Origin: Candidatus Thorarchaeota archaeon
GTDB lineage: Archaea; Asgardarchaeota; Thorarchaeia; Thorarchaeales; Thorarchaeaceae
DNA length: 64,000 bases
Direction: 5' to 3'
Assembly (NCBI GenBank): GCA_963726195.1
Contig: CAVSBO010000004.1
Coordinates: forward strand, 224,001 to 288,000
How positions within the stretch are numbered: position 1 is the first letter of the stretch; each line of letters starts with the position of its first letter. Under the pieces are notes generated by a model. The model was not told the origin of the DNA and ran no database searches. It was given only the letters and a program-made list of their open reading frames with translations. Shown piece by piece: positions 53,112 to 63,425 of this stretch. The translations under genes and the position numbers were made by a program.

Positions 53112-53934
53112 ATGAGACTCCTAATAGAGATGCAGGCGAACGTCCATAACAGGGCTTCTTCGCGAATGCACGAGGGCAGAATGATATGGCATCTCTTCAC
53201 GGACATGGCCAATCAGTTTGTACATGCGATTGATGTCTTTCCTCCAGCACGTGTTATTGAGAAAGCTGAGAGAAACATGGTCGCCCTGATGAAGGTCCCG
53301 GGAGCTCAGTTCCGGAGAAAGCTTCTCTCCTAGCGTGGTTCTGCGTATTGACACAACTTCGCGGGACTGGCTGATGGAGGCGCAGCCGACCCCTGAGAAT
53401 GTCATTGCACGGGTTCGAGGCACCTATTCTGGAATGCAGAGGTACTGGGAGACAAACGACGTCACAGTGCAGCACATGTGCGGTGAGATTGCTGAAAGGA
53501 GTAACGGTGACGAATCCTATGCAAGACTTGCAGTGCGGGCCGTCAGGGAAAGGGTGAAGCTGAAAACGAACTTGGATGAAAGGCGTGGTGCAGCCAGGGC
53601 TGCAAAAGAGAAGGAAGGAGACTGTGACGAGCATGCGGACTTGTTCATTGCCTTGACGAGGGCGGCGAAGATACCTTCTCGAAGAGTCGTTGGTCACTAC
53701 CTCAGAAATGGTCCAAATCCTGAACCACATGCATGGTGTGAAGTCTTCCTGAAAGATCACGGTTGGGTGCCAGTCGACCCTGCGCTGAACCGTTTCGGAA
53801 TGCTCACGGAGAGCTATTTCTCCCGCGTACGAGAGGGCCTGACTTCAGAGCGGCCCACGATTCAGCTCAAATGGAACACTGTCGCGTCAAACGCACCAAG
53901 CATAGACGAGACCGTTAAGATGTCGGTGATTTGA
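53112..53934 (+). CDS. Transglutaminase-like cysteine protease (indel at ~53330)
   Basis: GDCDEHA..RAAKIPSR.V.G..HAWCEV....GWVPVDP Cys-His-Asp triad. Confidence 0.85.
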
Positions 53935-53945
53935 ACGGGTCCGAC

Positions 53946-54677
53946 CTAGGCATCCTCAATCAGTCCTAACGCTCTGAGGTTTACGAAAAGCTCTGCACCA
54001 AATTGCCAACAAGAATGCGCATCGAAGATGCAGCACATGACTCTCGGCAAGAGCGGCGCCTCAAATGCGCTCCTTAGCGTTGACGCAAGATGGTGCGCCA
54101 TCATTTCGCCGTAGGCTGACACCTGGGGTAGCGACTCAAGAAACCTGTTTTGTGCAGAATCCAGAGGCCCGGGCTTGTAGTCACACACTTGGATATGGCC
54201 ATCGACGAAACGAAGCAGGTCTATGTGCCCTGACAGACGGTACTGGTCCGACCATACGGGAACCTCCACCGCGATTGTGAGAGGGTCGTCATGAATGAAT
54301 CGCTGGACGATGCTGTGGTCTGCACTATAGTTCACGCTTTTGACAGCTCGATGATAGTCCCGGATTATGGATACCAAGTCGCTCTCTGACTTGCTCTTTA
54401 CCAGACCGCGTTTCATGAGTCTGGTCCGAAGCCCAACTCTTGAAGCAGGCGGCATCTTTGACAGCCGCAATGATGAAGCACGTGTATAGAATGGATTCGA
54501 AAACGGAGTTGCTGGCATCTTCCCGGAGCATACTGTTGACAAGTGCGCCCAGAGAGATGCCAAGTCGCCTTCCAAGTGACCGAGCTTCTGATGATTGGAG
54601 CGATTCCACTGGAAATTGTACGCTATTGGTCCCTGACGAAACTCCTTTCGGACAATCTCATTCGGTGGCTCGGTCAT
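53946..54677 (-). CDS. PD-(D/E)xK RecB-like nuclease
   Basis: VEVPVW..LSGHIDLL..VCDYKP..PQVSAY. Confidence 0.78.
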   Translation of the reverse strand: MTEPPNEIVRKEFRQGPIAYNFQWNRSNHQKLGHLEGDLASLWAHLSTVCSGKMPATPFSNPFYTRASSLRLSKMPPASRVGLRTRLMKRGLVKSKSESDLVSIIRDYHRAVKSVNYSADHSIVQRFIHDDPLTIAVEVPVWSDQYRLSGHIDLLRFVDGHIQVCDYKPGPLDSAQNRFLESLPQVSAYGEMMAHHLASTLRSAFEAPLLPRVMCCIFDAHSCWQFGAELFVNLRALGLIEDA

Positions 54678-54848
54678 GTTCTAGGCAGAGGATACCACTG
54701 CGGTTCTTTTTAATTCATTGACCGGCGAGAGAGGAGGCATCGTCCATGGGCATGAATAGGCTATCATAGTCAACTATGAACGGCTCAGCCTGCCAATTTG
54801 GATATGAAAAGGAAGACCGGGCGGGCCGAAGTGACCCTCTCCCGGACT

Positions 54849-55643
54849 CTAGTTCTGTTGACCTTGCTCGAGGGCCGCGTCTTCCATTAGTTGGACAATC
54901 CAGTCAAGATCCTTTTCCAGAATACCTTCGCCGCCCTTGTAGACCATCAGTGAGCCGACCTCAGCGTTCACAGACGTTGTAAGCAGGGCTCCACTTGGGT
55001 ATGGGAATGTTCCTCTGAATCTGGTTATTTGACCTTTGTACCTTCGAGTGTACATGCCTATGTCTTCTTCTCGCTGTATGCCTTGCCCTCTGAACTCAGC
55101 TTGAGTGATGTTTCCTTTTTCCACTCCGGTCAGGAGGACTGAGGCTATGTCGGTCGCGCCATTGTACAGCTTCATCGTACCGCCGTTCAGATTCAATGGA
55201 GTGATTTTCGCTCCAGTCATCTCTTCAAACATGCTCCTGAACTTGCGAGCAATGCGTTCCGAGCCTCTGACTTCGATTGTGCCGCGGTCTAGCTTGATCA
55301 AAGCCGCGCCCCTGTCGACACTCACATAGTGAACGGGTGTCAGTGCTCCATCCTTGCCTAAGGTCAGGACTGGAACTCTGAATCCTGCGGCGAAGTCTGC
55401 AAAGACGCTCTTCGCCGTGGATGTCACGTTCGCGAAGCCCGCTTCAATCGAATTGGGGTTCTTTGGGCTGTACGGAGAAGCTTTCAGCATGGTCGCAATC
55501 TGACTTGCAGTCAAGTCAACGCCCTTGTGCTTGAAGAGCTTGATTGACATTCCCATGCCTCTGGTCCGAATGAGATTACCGCCTTTGGCGGATGCACTCT
55601 TGGTGGGAGCCGCCTTGGTCGCTGTCACCTTCTTCTTACTCAA
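54849..55643 (-). CDS. Hypothetical basic protein with Lys/Ala-rich N-tail, possible RdgC-like fold
   Basis: Clean 264-aa ORF with codon usage typical of expressed genes; hairpin plus U-tract downstream (~54807-54848). Confidence 0.6.
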   Translation of the reverse strand: MSKKKVTATKAAPTKSASAKGGNLIRTRGMGMSIKLFKHKGVDLTASQIATMLKASPYSPKNPNSIEAGFANVTSTAKSVFADFAAGFRVPVLTLGKDGALTPVHYVSVDRGAALIKLDRGTIEVRGSERIARKFRSMFEEMTGAKITPLNLNGGTMKLYNGATDIASVLLTGVEKGNITQAEFRGQGIQREEDIGMYTRRYKGQITRFRGTFPYPSGALLTTSVNAEVGSLMVYKGGEGILEKDLDWIVQLMEDAALEQGQQN

Positions 55644-55892
55644 TTTCCAGTCTTCCTCATCTCTCGTTATGAACTGAAGTCAGTCACAACTGACCTCAAT
55701 TTCCAGTGGAGTAACTGCATCCCTCAATATAAGATGAATGTCAAACCTAGGTAATACCTCCGTATTTCAGAAAACAATACACTCATACCCACTGGCATAT
55801 GAGATTCACTACGAGCATTTCCGGAAGGTCACAAGTGGGCCCTGAGTTTGGCGCCAATTGCAGCTCTGCCCAAGGCGCTTGTTTGATCCGAA

Positions 55893-57266
55893 TCATTCGT
55901 CTGACTGATGCGAGTCGGTTGCTTCATCTCTGTCCGTCTCAGAATGCAGTGGACGGGTCTTGAGATTCCTTCTGAATTTGTATGTCTGTGTGGAGAAGAC
56001 CACGATTATTGCTAAGGACCCGATAGTTATGATAGCCGATATCATGTTCATGGGCAAGGCCGCTTGCTGGCCGCTCTGTCCAGTGCTCCACTTCTCTTCA
56101 GTGCCCCACGAGCCCTCCGGCCATGGCCAGTTTGGAGTCCACTTCGTCAAGAATACATGGTTGTAGTAGCTATCGACCTTCACTAAACCTGACCAAGATT
56201 GCACAATCGCCCACAATCGAATCTTGTAGGAGCTGACAGTAAAGTTGGGCATCCACACGTAAGCATCACCTGAGTAGCCTGGCCGGCTTGCAACAATGGA
56301 CATATCGATGGCCCGAAGAGAGCAATCGAAACGGTAGTCGAACCATGTCGTGGCATCTGTGTAGACAACCGGACCGTACCAGTCAAAGACGGGCGTCTCA
56401 TTGTCTTGGTAACACGACACTGTCATATTATGGATTCCGCAGAGTCTCAGAGCCGTTCCCGTATGATTGCCATCATAGAGCGCAACGTATTGGATGAAAC
56501 CGCCCGCCGAATTCTCCTCTGTCAGGTTCTTCCAGCCACCTGTAGCTTGAATACGAAACCCTGCGGCACCAGAGCTGTTGAACGTTCTCTTCGTCTCGAA
56601 CATGTAGCCCGAAGTTGAGTACGAAGCATTTGATTCCGCGTGAACATGCAGCTCGCCGCTGGCTAAGTCATAAGAATGAACTTGAGAGCTCTTACCATAC
56701 TCGTTGAAGTTCCACTTGTTTAGGCCGCCTGTAAAATCGTCGAAGAAGGTGAATGTTGCATTTCCGTTGCTGGTGCTCGTAGCTGCCACGTTGCAATAGT
56801 AGACGTAGATAGTTGCTAGAGAGTCGAGATTGTCGGCCACCTGCACCCAGAAGAGAGCGTTGTCGTACGGAACTGATTCCTGTCTCCAATAGTGCAGAAG
56901 AGTGACACCATCATCATCCGTGAAGCGAATGTCGTCGAAATTCGGCTTGCAGAGGCTGTTGCAGTACATGTCTCGATTCGAATCGTTACCGGCGCCGTAG
57001 TGGACAGTGACCGCAACCTGGTAGTTGGCGCTCGCGCCTGCAGCCCCAGTTATGTTATGAGCCTTCCTGAAGTACCATCCGTAGAGCCACGAAGATGATT
57101 GAGCCTGGCGGACATCGTATTCGGCCCAACCGCTCTTGCCGCAGTATAACAGGTGTGCTCCGGTCTGGACCGGCAGAAGGGCTGCATATTGCATTAGCAT
57201 AATCAAGGTCACGATAACCATGAGAAAATGCCGACTACTCAATTCTCCAGACCACATATAACACAC
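55893..57266 (-). CDS. DUF2341-domain surface glycoprotein with C-terminal TM
   Basis: W.GWYFRK..NYQV..FDDIRFTD..LHYW..FWVQV..IYVYY..SNGNATF.FFDDF. Confidence 0.8.
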   Translation of the reverse strand: MCYMWSGELSSRHFLMVIVTLIMLMQYAALLPVQTGAHLLYCGKSGWAEYDVRQAQSSSWLYGWYFRKAHNITGAAGASANYQVAVTVHYGAGNDSNRDMYCNSLCKPNFDDIRFTDDDGVTLLHYWRQESVPYDNALFWVQVADNLDSLATIYVYYCNVAATSTSNGNATFTFFDDFTGGLNKWNFNEYGKSSQVHSYDLASGELHVHAESNASYSTSGYMFETKRTFNSSGAAGFRIQATGGWKNLTEENSAGGFIQYVALYDGNHTGTALRLCGIHNMTVSCYQDNETPVFDWYGPVVYTDATTWFDYRFDCSLRAIDMSIVASRPGYSGDAYVWMPNFTVSSYKIRLWAIVQSWSGLVKVDSYYNHVFLTKWTPNWPWPEGSWGTEEKWSTGQSGQQAALPMNMISAIITIGSLAIIVVFSTQTYKFRRNLKTRPLHSETDRDEATDSHQSDE

Positions 57267-57464
57267 TCACCGCTCCAAGAACGGGCCATGCGAACGCAGT
57301 ATCTCGTTCAAAGGCATCATATTAAACCCTTGTCCAGTCTTCTGGAATCCCGATCAAAGCGGCGCCGCTGATTCAAACCATGAATGTCCTTGGAGTCACG
57401 TATGCAGACTCGCTTCGCTGAGTACTTATAGCGGAATTCTCAAAATGTGAGAGAAGGGTTCAAC

Positions 57465-58890
57465 ATGACCGTGGTCCAAGCATCAAGGATTCATCCTCTT
57501 TTTGACGCACTCGAGGCCATTGTGGGTGATGGAAGAGTGAGTGACAACCCGGTGATTGTGTCCGCATATAGTAAGGACGCGTGTCACCTAACTGCTGAGC
57601 GGCCTGGGGTTGTCGTGATGCCGAATAGTGTCGAAGAGGTACAGGCGATCGTCAATCTGTGTCGTGAGACCAAAAGCCCCTTAGTTCCAGCTGGAGGACG
57701 CAATGGCATATGCGGTGCGTGCTTGCCGCGAGTCGAGAATGCAGTCATGCTGGACATGGTCAAGATGGACAGGATTGTGAACATCGACGAGGACGTCATG
57801 ACGGTGACGGTCGAGGCGGGTCTCCGCTGGGCAGAACTTATCCATCGACTTGATGAGAAAGGGTACAAACTTGGATTCCGCGGCCCTTACGGAGGAAATG
57901 TGGGTACTGTTGGCGGCTCGACGAGCATCAACAGCATAGGTTATGCAGCCTCAAAGTATGGACCTTCCGCAGAAGGTGTTGTGTCGCTCGAGGTAGTTCT
58001 TGCAAATGGCGAGGTTATCCGGACAGGCACGGGCTGGAACAAGTCTGCCAAGCTGTTTGCACGGTACTCCACTTACAATGACTTGACGGGATTGTTTCTC
58101 GGTGATAGCGGGACGCTCGGTGTTAAGACAAAGGTGACTCTGAAGGTATATCCCAAGGCTGAGCATATAGTCTACGGCGATTTCGGCTTCAAGACCCTCG
58201 AAGATTCGGCGGCAGTATTCCTAGATGTACAGAAAAGAGGGCTCACTGAAGAACTGAACCTTCTTGCAGATCGTCAGTCAACTGACACTTTCTTCCCGGG
58301 CTTCCTCGACAGTCACAAGGAAGTCAACTCCATGTTCGCTTCAATCGTCCAAGAGACGGACGAGCAGCTTGCCGCTAGAAAGATGGAAATTGTCCGTGAG
58401 ATTGCATTGAAGCACAACGGAGTGGACCTAGGTAACTTCGCATCACGGATGCACTGGACTGAAATGTTCAACCTTGTGCAGCCGCTCTACAACAACGGGT
58501 TCTGGCTGAACACGTGCCACTTGAGGCCCATCACTTCGATTCCTGAGCTCATGAAACGTTGCTGGAAGATATTCGAGAAGAACAAGCTTCTCAATAATGG
58601 AATCAAGTGGATAGCGAGTTGTCTCGGTGCAGATCGGGCTTATGCAACTGGCTGGGTTACTCTGTTCGTACCCGACCGCACCAAGATGGACCTTGGTTCT
58701 CAAGGCGTGGAACGAGATACTCGATGCAATCATCGACACGGGTGGTTGCCCCTATTGGAACGGGCTGCTATGGGAGAACCGGGCTCTGAAGCAGACTAAC
58801 CCCGCATTCTTGGAGGCATATAGGGCCATCAAGAACGCGCTTGATCCCGACAACATTCTTGCTCCGGAGGTATTCACGGGGGTGCAATAG
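57465..58890 (+). CDS. FAD-linked oxidase (GlcD/D-lactate dehydrogenase/ADPS family), indel at ~58700
   Basis: VVMPNSVEEV, VTVEAG, TVGG, LEVVLANGEVI, GTLGV.T, IKNALDPDNILAP. Confidence 0.88.
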
Positions 58891-58891
58891 G

Positions 58892-60463
58892 ATGCAGTAC
58901 TCAAACCTTTCCAAGTTCAAAGATGATCTGTGGCTATGCGCCCGGTGTGGTGATTGCTCTCTCGCTGACAAGAAAGTGGCCTCGCATCGTGATGTATTTC
59001 TTCCGTGTGCGGTGAAGAACGTACTTGGATTCGAGGCGTATTCTTCTCGCGGAAGAATCATGGTGATGAATGATCTCCTCAACGGCAACCTTGAGGCTGG
59101 CAAGAGCATAGTTGACTGGGCCTATACATGCACCACCTGCAAGAACTGTCAGGAGACCTGCACTGCGACTGCTGAGGGTATCAGATTGCCTGAGATGATG
59201 GAGGCGCTGAGGACCGACTTAGTAACGAATGGTTTCGAAATGCCGAAGCATGTCGCCATAGAAGAGTCGATTATGAATCTCGGCAACCCGTATCAGGAAA
59301 GCGAAGATAGAAGGAAGGCCGTTTTTGGCCAGCGTGCTTGGCCTGAGAAAGCAGAAGTGGTCTACTTCGTGGGATGCACTGCCGCTTTTCGTGAGGAAGA
59401 GATTGCAAAAGCCACTGCTGAAGTCCTCGAGAAAGCCGGTGTCAACTATACCGTGCTGCCGGATGAGCAGTGTTGCGGTTCAGTCCTTTTGAGGCTTGGA
59501 AGAGTCAAAGCCTTCGATGCTCTGGCCAAAAAGAACATCGAGTCTGTCGAGAAAACCGGGGCAAGGACCGTCGTGACATCCTGTGCGGGATGTTTCAGGA
59601 CTTGGAAGATTGACTTGCCGAACAAGGGTCTTACGTATGATTTCGAGGTTCTTCACATTACCGAGTTCTTGGATCGACTAACCCAAAACAACAAGATTGC
59701 ATTCAAGTCTCCAAAGCCTGTCAAGGTTACATACCACGACCCGTGCCACCTCGGCCGTCACGCCGAAGTCTACGAAGCACCTAGACGAGTAATCAATTCT
59801 GTCGAAAACGTTCAGCTTGTAGAAATGGAGACAAACAAGAGGTACGCACACTGCTGTGGGTCCGGTGGAGGAGTCAAGAGCAGCTACGGCGAAGTCGCAG
59901 ACAGGATTGCAGCTGACAGAATTCGTGAAGCAGAGCGAACAGGAGCGAGTGTCCTGATTACGGCATGCCCATTCTGTCACAAGGGTCTTGTGGATGGAGC
60001 CAACTACATCCACAGTCAGATGCAGGTTGTGGACCTACCCAATTTCCTGTTGCCGCTCTCGACCAAGGCCAAGGCTGTTACGAAGACGGTGGAGAACCCA
60101 TTGAAGCCTCAGTTCATGGACTATCTCAGGAATCATCCCAAGATCTTCGACGGACTGAAGAAGGATGCAGTCATAGATTATGAGATTGAGGGAGACAGGT
60201 TCCACGTCTTGGTTCTCGACAATGGTGCCATACAGGTCAATCCCGTGAGATCGGAAAACCCGGATGTTGAACTAACATTCTCCCAAGGCGCCGTCAGGCA
60301 GCTGACTGTCCTCAAATCCGATGACGAGTACGCACAGAAGTTTGGGTCCTTCTTCAAGCAGCCCACTGACGAGGTATGGATTAAGTTCAATCTCAGACGG
60401 AACATCGTGAAGCTTCTGATGAAGGGGTACCGGAAGTTTGCTCAGAAAGCCGGGTTAATCTAG
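58892..60463 (+). CDS. GlcF/HdrD-type Fe-S oxidoreductase (two [4Fe-4S] motifs, two CCG domains) with C-terminal SCP2-like domain
   Basis: CARCGDC, CTTCKNCQETC, FVGC, QCCGS, YHDPCHLGR, CCGSGGG, TACPFC; tail NPDVELTFS. Confidence 0.85.
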   Translation: MQYSNLSKFKDDLWLCARCGDCSLADKKVASHRDVFLPCAVKNVLGFEAYSSRGRIMVMNDLLNGNLEAGKSIVDWAYTCTTCKNCQETCTATAEGIRLPEMMEALRTDLVTNGFEMPKHVAIEESIMNLGNPYQESEDRRKAVFGQRAWPEKAEVVYFVGCTAAFREEEIAKATAEVLEKAGVNYTVLPDEQCCGSVLLRLGRVKAFDALAKKNIESVEKTGARTVVTSCAGCFRTWKIDLPNKGLTYDFEVLHITEFLDRLTQNNKIAFKSPKPVKVTYHDPCHLGRHAEVYEAPRRVINSVENVQLVEMETNKRYAHCCGSGGGVKSSYGEVADRIAADRIREAERTGASVLITACPFCHKGLVDGANYIHSQMQVVDLPNFLLPLSTKAKAVTKTVENPLKPQFMDYLRNHPKIFDGLKKDAVIDYEIEGDRFHVLVLDNGAIQVNPVRSENPDVELTFSQGAVRQLTVLKSDDEYAQKFGSFFKQPTDEVWIKFNLRRNIVKLLMKGYRKFAQKAGLI

Positions 60464-60496
60464 TACATGTGCTCCGGTGCGTGGGTGGATTGTGAC

Positions 60497-60964
60497 ATGA
60501 GAATCCTGTTTGTTCTCGGCTCAGGCGGACATACCAGAAGAGGAATTGTTCTCGCGGACCAGATAAAGGCCGAGAAGTACTTCATAGTGCCTTGGGAGTC
60601 GAAGCTCACAAAGAGGAAGGTCGGTCACAAGTATTTCAGCGTCATCTCTCCCAGATATCAAGCAAGGTCGAACACATTACTGTCAGTTATCCGTACTCTG
60701 TTTCTGTTTCTTCATGGTCTTGTACTTCTTTTTGTGATTCGTCCCGCAGTGGCAATTAGCACGGGCTCGGGGCTGACATATCCGATATTCCTGATGGCCA
60801 AGATGATTGGGATTAAGACTATCTTCATTGAGACCCCCAGCAGAGTCTACAGACCTTCGATAGCCGGGCGCCTTTTGCTTGGAAAGGTGGATCTCTGGCT
60901 TGCTAGTTGGCCGGAGCTGGCAGAGAGATACAAGGGCATCGAGTACATGGGGATGATAGCGTGA
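60497..60964 (+). CDS. Alg14/PssD-like UDP-GlcNAc transferase subunit
   Basis: VLGSGGHT, RPAVAISTGSG, IFIET.SRV..PS.AG, SWPEL. Confidence 0.85.
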   Translation: MRILFVLGSGGHTRRGIVLADQIKAEKYFIVPWESKLTKRKVGHKYFSVISPRYQARSNTLLSVIRTLFLFLHGLVLLFVIRPAVAISTGSGLTYPIFLMAKMIGIKTIFIETPSRVYRPSIAGRLLLGKVDLWLASWPELAERYKGIEYMGMIA

Positions 60965-61455
60965 TACTTGTGACAGTTGGAACTTCGCTTCCGCATGACG
61001 AACTCATAAGAGCAATGGACCAACTTGTTGATTCAGGTGCAATACGTGATGAGGTCTGGGCGCAGATAGGGGCTGGCTCCTACGTCCCACAGCGTCTCAA
61101 GTGGTTCAGGTGGGCGAAGAGCCTTGAGACACTCTACAACAGAGCTGATGTGATCGTGGGTAACTGTGGAGCCGGGACCATCATGGAGAATGCGATGAAG
61201 GGCAGGAAACTCATCGTAATCGAGAACCCTCACATGAAAGGCGGGCATGAGTGGGAGCTTGTTGGGAAGATGGAGGAGGGGAGGCATCTCATTTGGTGTA
61301 GGAGTCTTGGGAATCTCGGTGACTGTATCGCGAAGGTGCAGTCCATGGAATTTGCAGTATTCACGCCCGAGAAGCTCGACGTGGCCAGAATGTTCGCAGC
61401 CCTCAAGCAGAAGAAGGGCCTCACCAGATTGGGCGACGCTGAACGTAGAAAGTAG
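60961..61455 (+). CDS. Alg13/PssE-like GT28 C-terminal subunit
   Basis: ILVTVGT, AQIG, ADVIVGNCGAGTI, NP..GHEWEL; GTGA overlap with alg14-like gene. Confidence 0.85.
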   Translation: MILVTVGTSLPHDELIRAMDQLVDSGAIRDEVWAQIGAGSYVPQRLKWFRWAKSLETLYNRADVIVGNCGAGTIMENAMKGRKLIVIENPHMKGGHEWELVGKMEEGRHLIWCRSLGNLGDCIAKVQSMEFAVFTPEKLDVARMFAALKQKKGLTRLGDAERRK

Positions 61456-61505
61456 CACGACTTTGGCCCATTTTGGAGTTCTGAGAGCGCACTGTGCAAT
61501 TGCCT

Positions 61506-62819
61506 CTATCCCGGTCTCTCGCCAACTCCTCTGAAAATGAATCCCTTCTGCACGCTCTGTTCTCTGTTGAATACGTGGCGGCCATCGACGATGATTGGCG
61601 TTCGCATCAATCCCTTTACCCAGTCGAGATCGAGCTTCTTGTATTCATCATGCGCCGTAACGAGAGCGATGCAGTCAGATCCTTTCAGCGCCTTTTCAAG
61701 ATCTTTGAGTGGCTCTATGCCATCGAGTTCCCTGACATAAGGGTCGTGTACAACAATAGTGACACCTAGAATGTCAAGTTCCCGAATCAGGCGCAGGGCG
61801 GGGGAATTCCTAGTGTCGTCCGAATTCTCAAGGTATGCTGCACCGAGAACAGTCACTACGCTACCGTAGACCCGTCTTCCCGCTTGTCTTAGTGCTTCCT
61901 CACACAGGTCAGTCATGTGCAAAGGCATTCCGTCATTAATTGCCCTTGCCACAGTTATCAGCCTCGGCTCATACTTGCCTTTGGCTCCAAAGGCTAGAAG
62001 CCATGAGTCCTTTGGCAGACAGTGGCCTCCTACACCCGCACCTGGAAGATGCATGTCGCGGTATGGTGACCTGTTGACTAGTTCGCGAATCTTGTAGACA
62101 TCAATGCCCATGTTCTCACAAAGGAGTGCCAACTCATTCGCAAAAGCAATCTGAACATCCCTGTACGCATTCTCAGTAGTCTTGACGACCTCTGCGGTTA
62201 AGGCGTCAGTGCCGAACAGCTGTCCTTTGACGACTTGCCGATACAGCTCCATAGCCGCTTTGGTGCTGGCCTCATCTAACCCTCCTATCACTCTGTCCAG
62301 ATTCACAAGATTGTACAAGAGTTTCCCAGGCATGACTCTCTCTGGGGCGGTGGCAAGCATGAAGTCCCGTGGAGCCTTGAGGCCCGAATTGCTCTCGAGC
62401 AGAGGTTGCACAATGTTTGTTAGAGTACCTGGCGCAACAGTTGACTCCACAATGACAAGCGTGCCGCGACGCAGTTGCTTGCCTACGCTCGTGGTGGCAG
62501 AACGAAGGGCTTCGTAGTATGGTTTGTTGCTCTTCTCGTCGAACGGAGTCTGAACCACAATCAGGACGTAGTTCGCTTGCTTTATGACACCATAGTCGGT
62601 GGTAGCACGGAAAGCACCAGATTTCACAGTCTCAGTGATAAGCTCTTGAAGCCCAGGTTCATTTCCTTCTATTGGTGAAACGCCCTTGTTTATCATTGAG
62701 ACTCTACTTTCAGAGATGTCGACACCGAAAACTTTGAAGCCAACTTGCGCGAACTTGGCTGCGACTGGCAGTCCGACATAGCCGATGCCGATAACTACGA
62801 GGGTGCCTTTGTTCACCAT
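61506..62819 (-). CDS. UDP-N-acetylhexosamine/nucleotide-sugar 6-dehydrogenase (WecC/WbpA family)
   Basis: GIGYVGLP, ESTVAPG, PERVMPG, AEVVKTTENAYRDV, GVGGHCLPKD, DDTRNSP. Confidence 0.92.
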   Translation of the reverse strand: MVNKGTLVVIGIGYVGLPVAAKFAQVGFKVFGVDISESRVSMINKGVSPIEGNEPGLQELITETVKSGAFRATTDYGVIKQANYVLIVVQTPFDEKSNKPYYEALRSATTSVGKQLRRGTLVIVESTVAPGTLTNIVQPLLESNSGLKAPRDFMLATAPERVMPGKLLYNLVNLDRVIGGLDEASTKAAMELYRQVVKGQLFGTDALTAEVVKTTENAYRDVQIAFANELALLCENMGIDVYKIRELVNRSPYRDMHLPGAGVGGHCLPKDSWLLAFGAKGKYEPRLITVARAINDGMPLHMTDLCEEALRQAGRRVYGSVVTVLGAAYLENSDDTRNSPALRLIRELDILGVTIVVHDPYVRELDGIEPLKDLEKALKGSDCIALVTAHDEYKKLDLDWVKGLMRTPIIVDGRHVFNREQSVQKGFIFRGVGERPG

Positions 62820-63425
62820 AGCATCGGACCTCGGAGCTCGGCTTTTCGCGTTTTAACCCTTCCGAGTCAAGTCATTCGTTTCGTCTTCATCACAGGTACT
62901 TTGGCCTGACATGATGGTAGATTGTGGCCTTCGACTCCGCGCCTTACCCTCTCGTGCTCTTTTCTGAGGCTCTAGCAAGGATACACGACTCACTCATCCT
63001 TCAGGTTCAGCCGCCAGTAGGATTCTCCATGCTCATCAGTCTCGACCGTGATGTTTTCAGACTTGAAGACCTGAAAGAAGCAATCCGTATGAAACGCACC
63101 GAAGTCGCTAGTGAGATGGACTGTTTTGTCACCTTTGTAGATCGGTTTGTGACACTTGGCACAAGTTGCGACAATTTCACGCCTAGGTATTGCTCGATTC
63201 TAACCTATTTAAGCGACAGGGTTGATAGAGATAGCAGCAGGGCCGGAGCCCAGCAAAGATTGTGAGCATTTGGCGGTCTCACCGCACGATGAAACAGAGT
63301 GGCTGCCTCATGTCTTGAAAGACGACTTTCACTGCGAACAAAGAAACCCAAGCAGTGACAGGTTCGCCCGGGCGAACTTTCGTTTTCTCGCTGGTTTTAT
63401 AACAAAGTATGGCAATCGATTTCTC

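Noticed and set aside
53331-53335. TAG as pyrrolysine read-through
   Set aside because: The continuation is out of frame, so this is a frameshift and not read-through
53946-54677. Cas4 assignment
   Set aside because: Lacks the four Fe-S cysteines and any CRISPR context
62924-63265. 113-aa ORF, and a T-loop-like TTCGACTCC as a tRNA
   Set aside because: No recognisable protein motif or start signals; no cloverleaf stems
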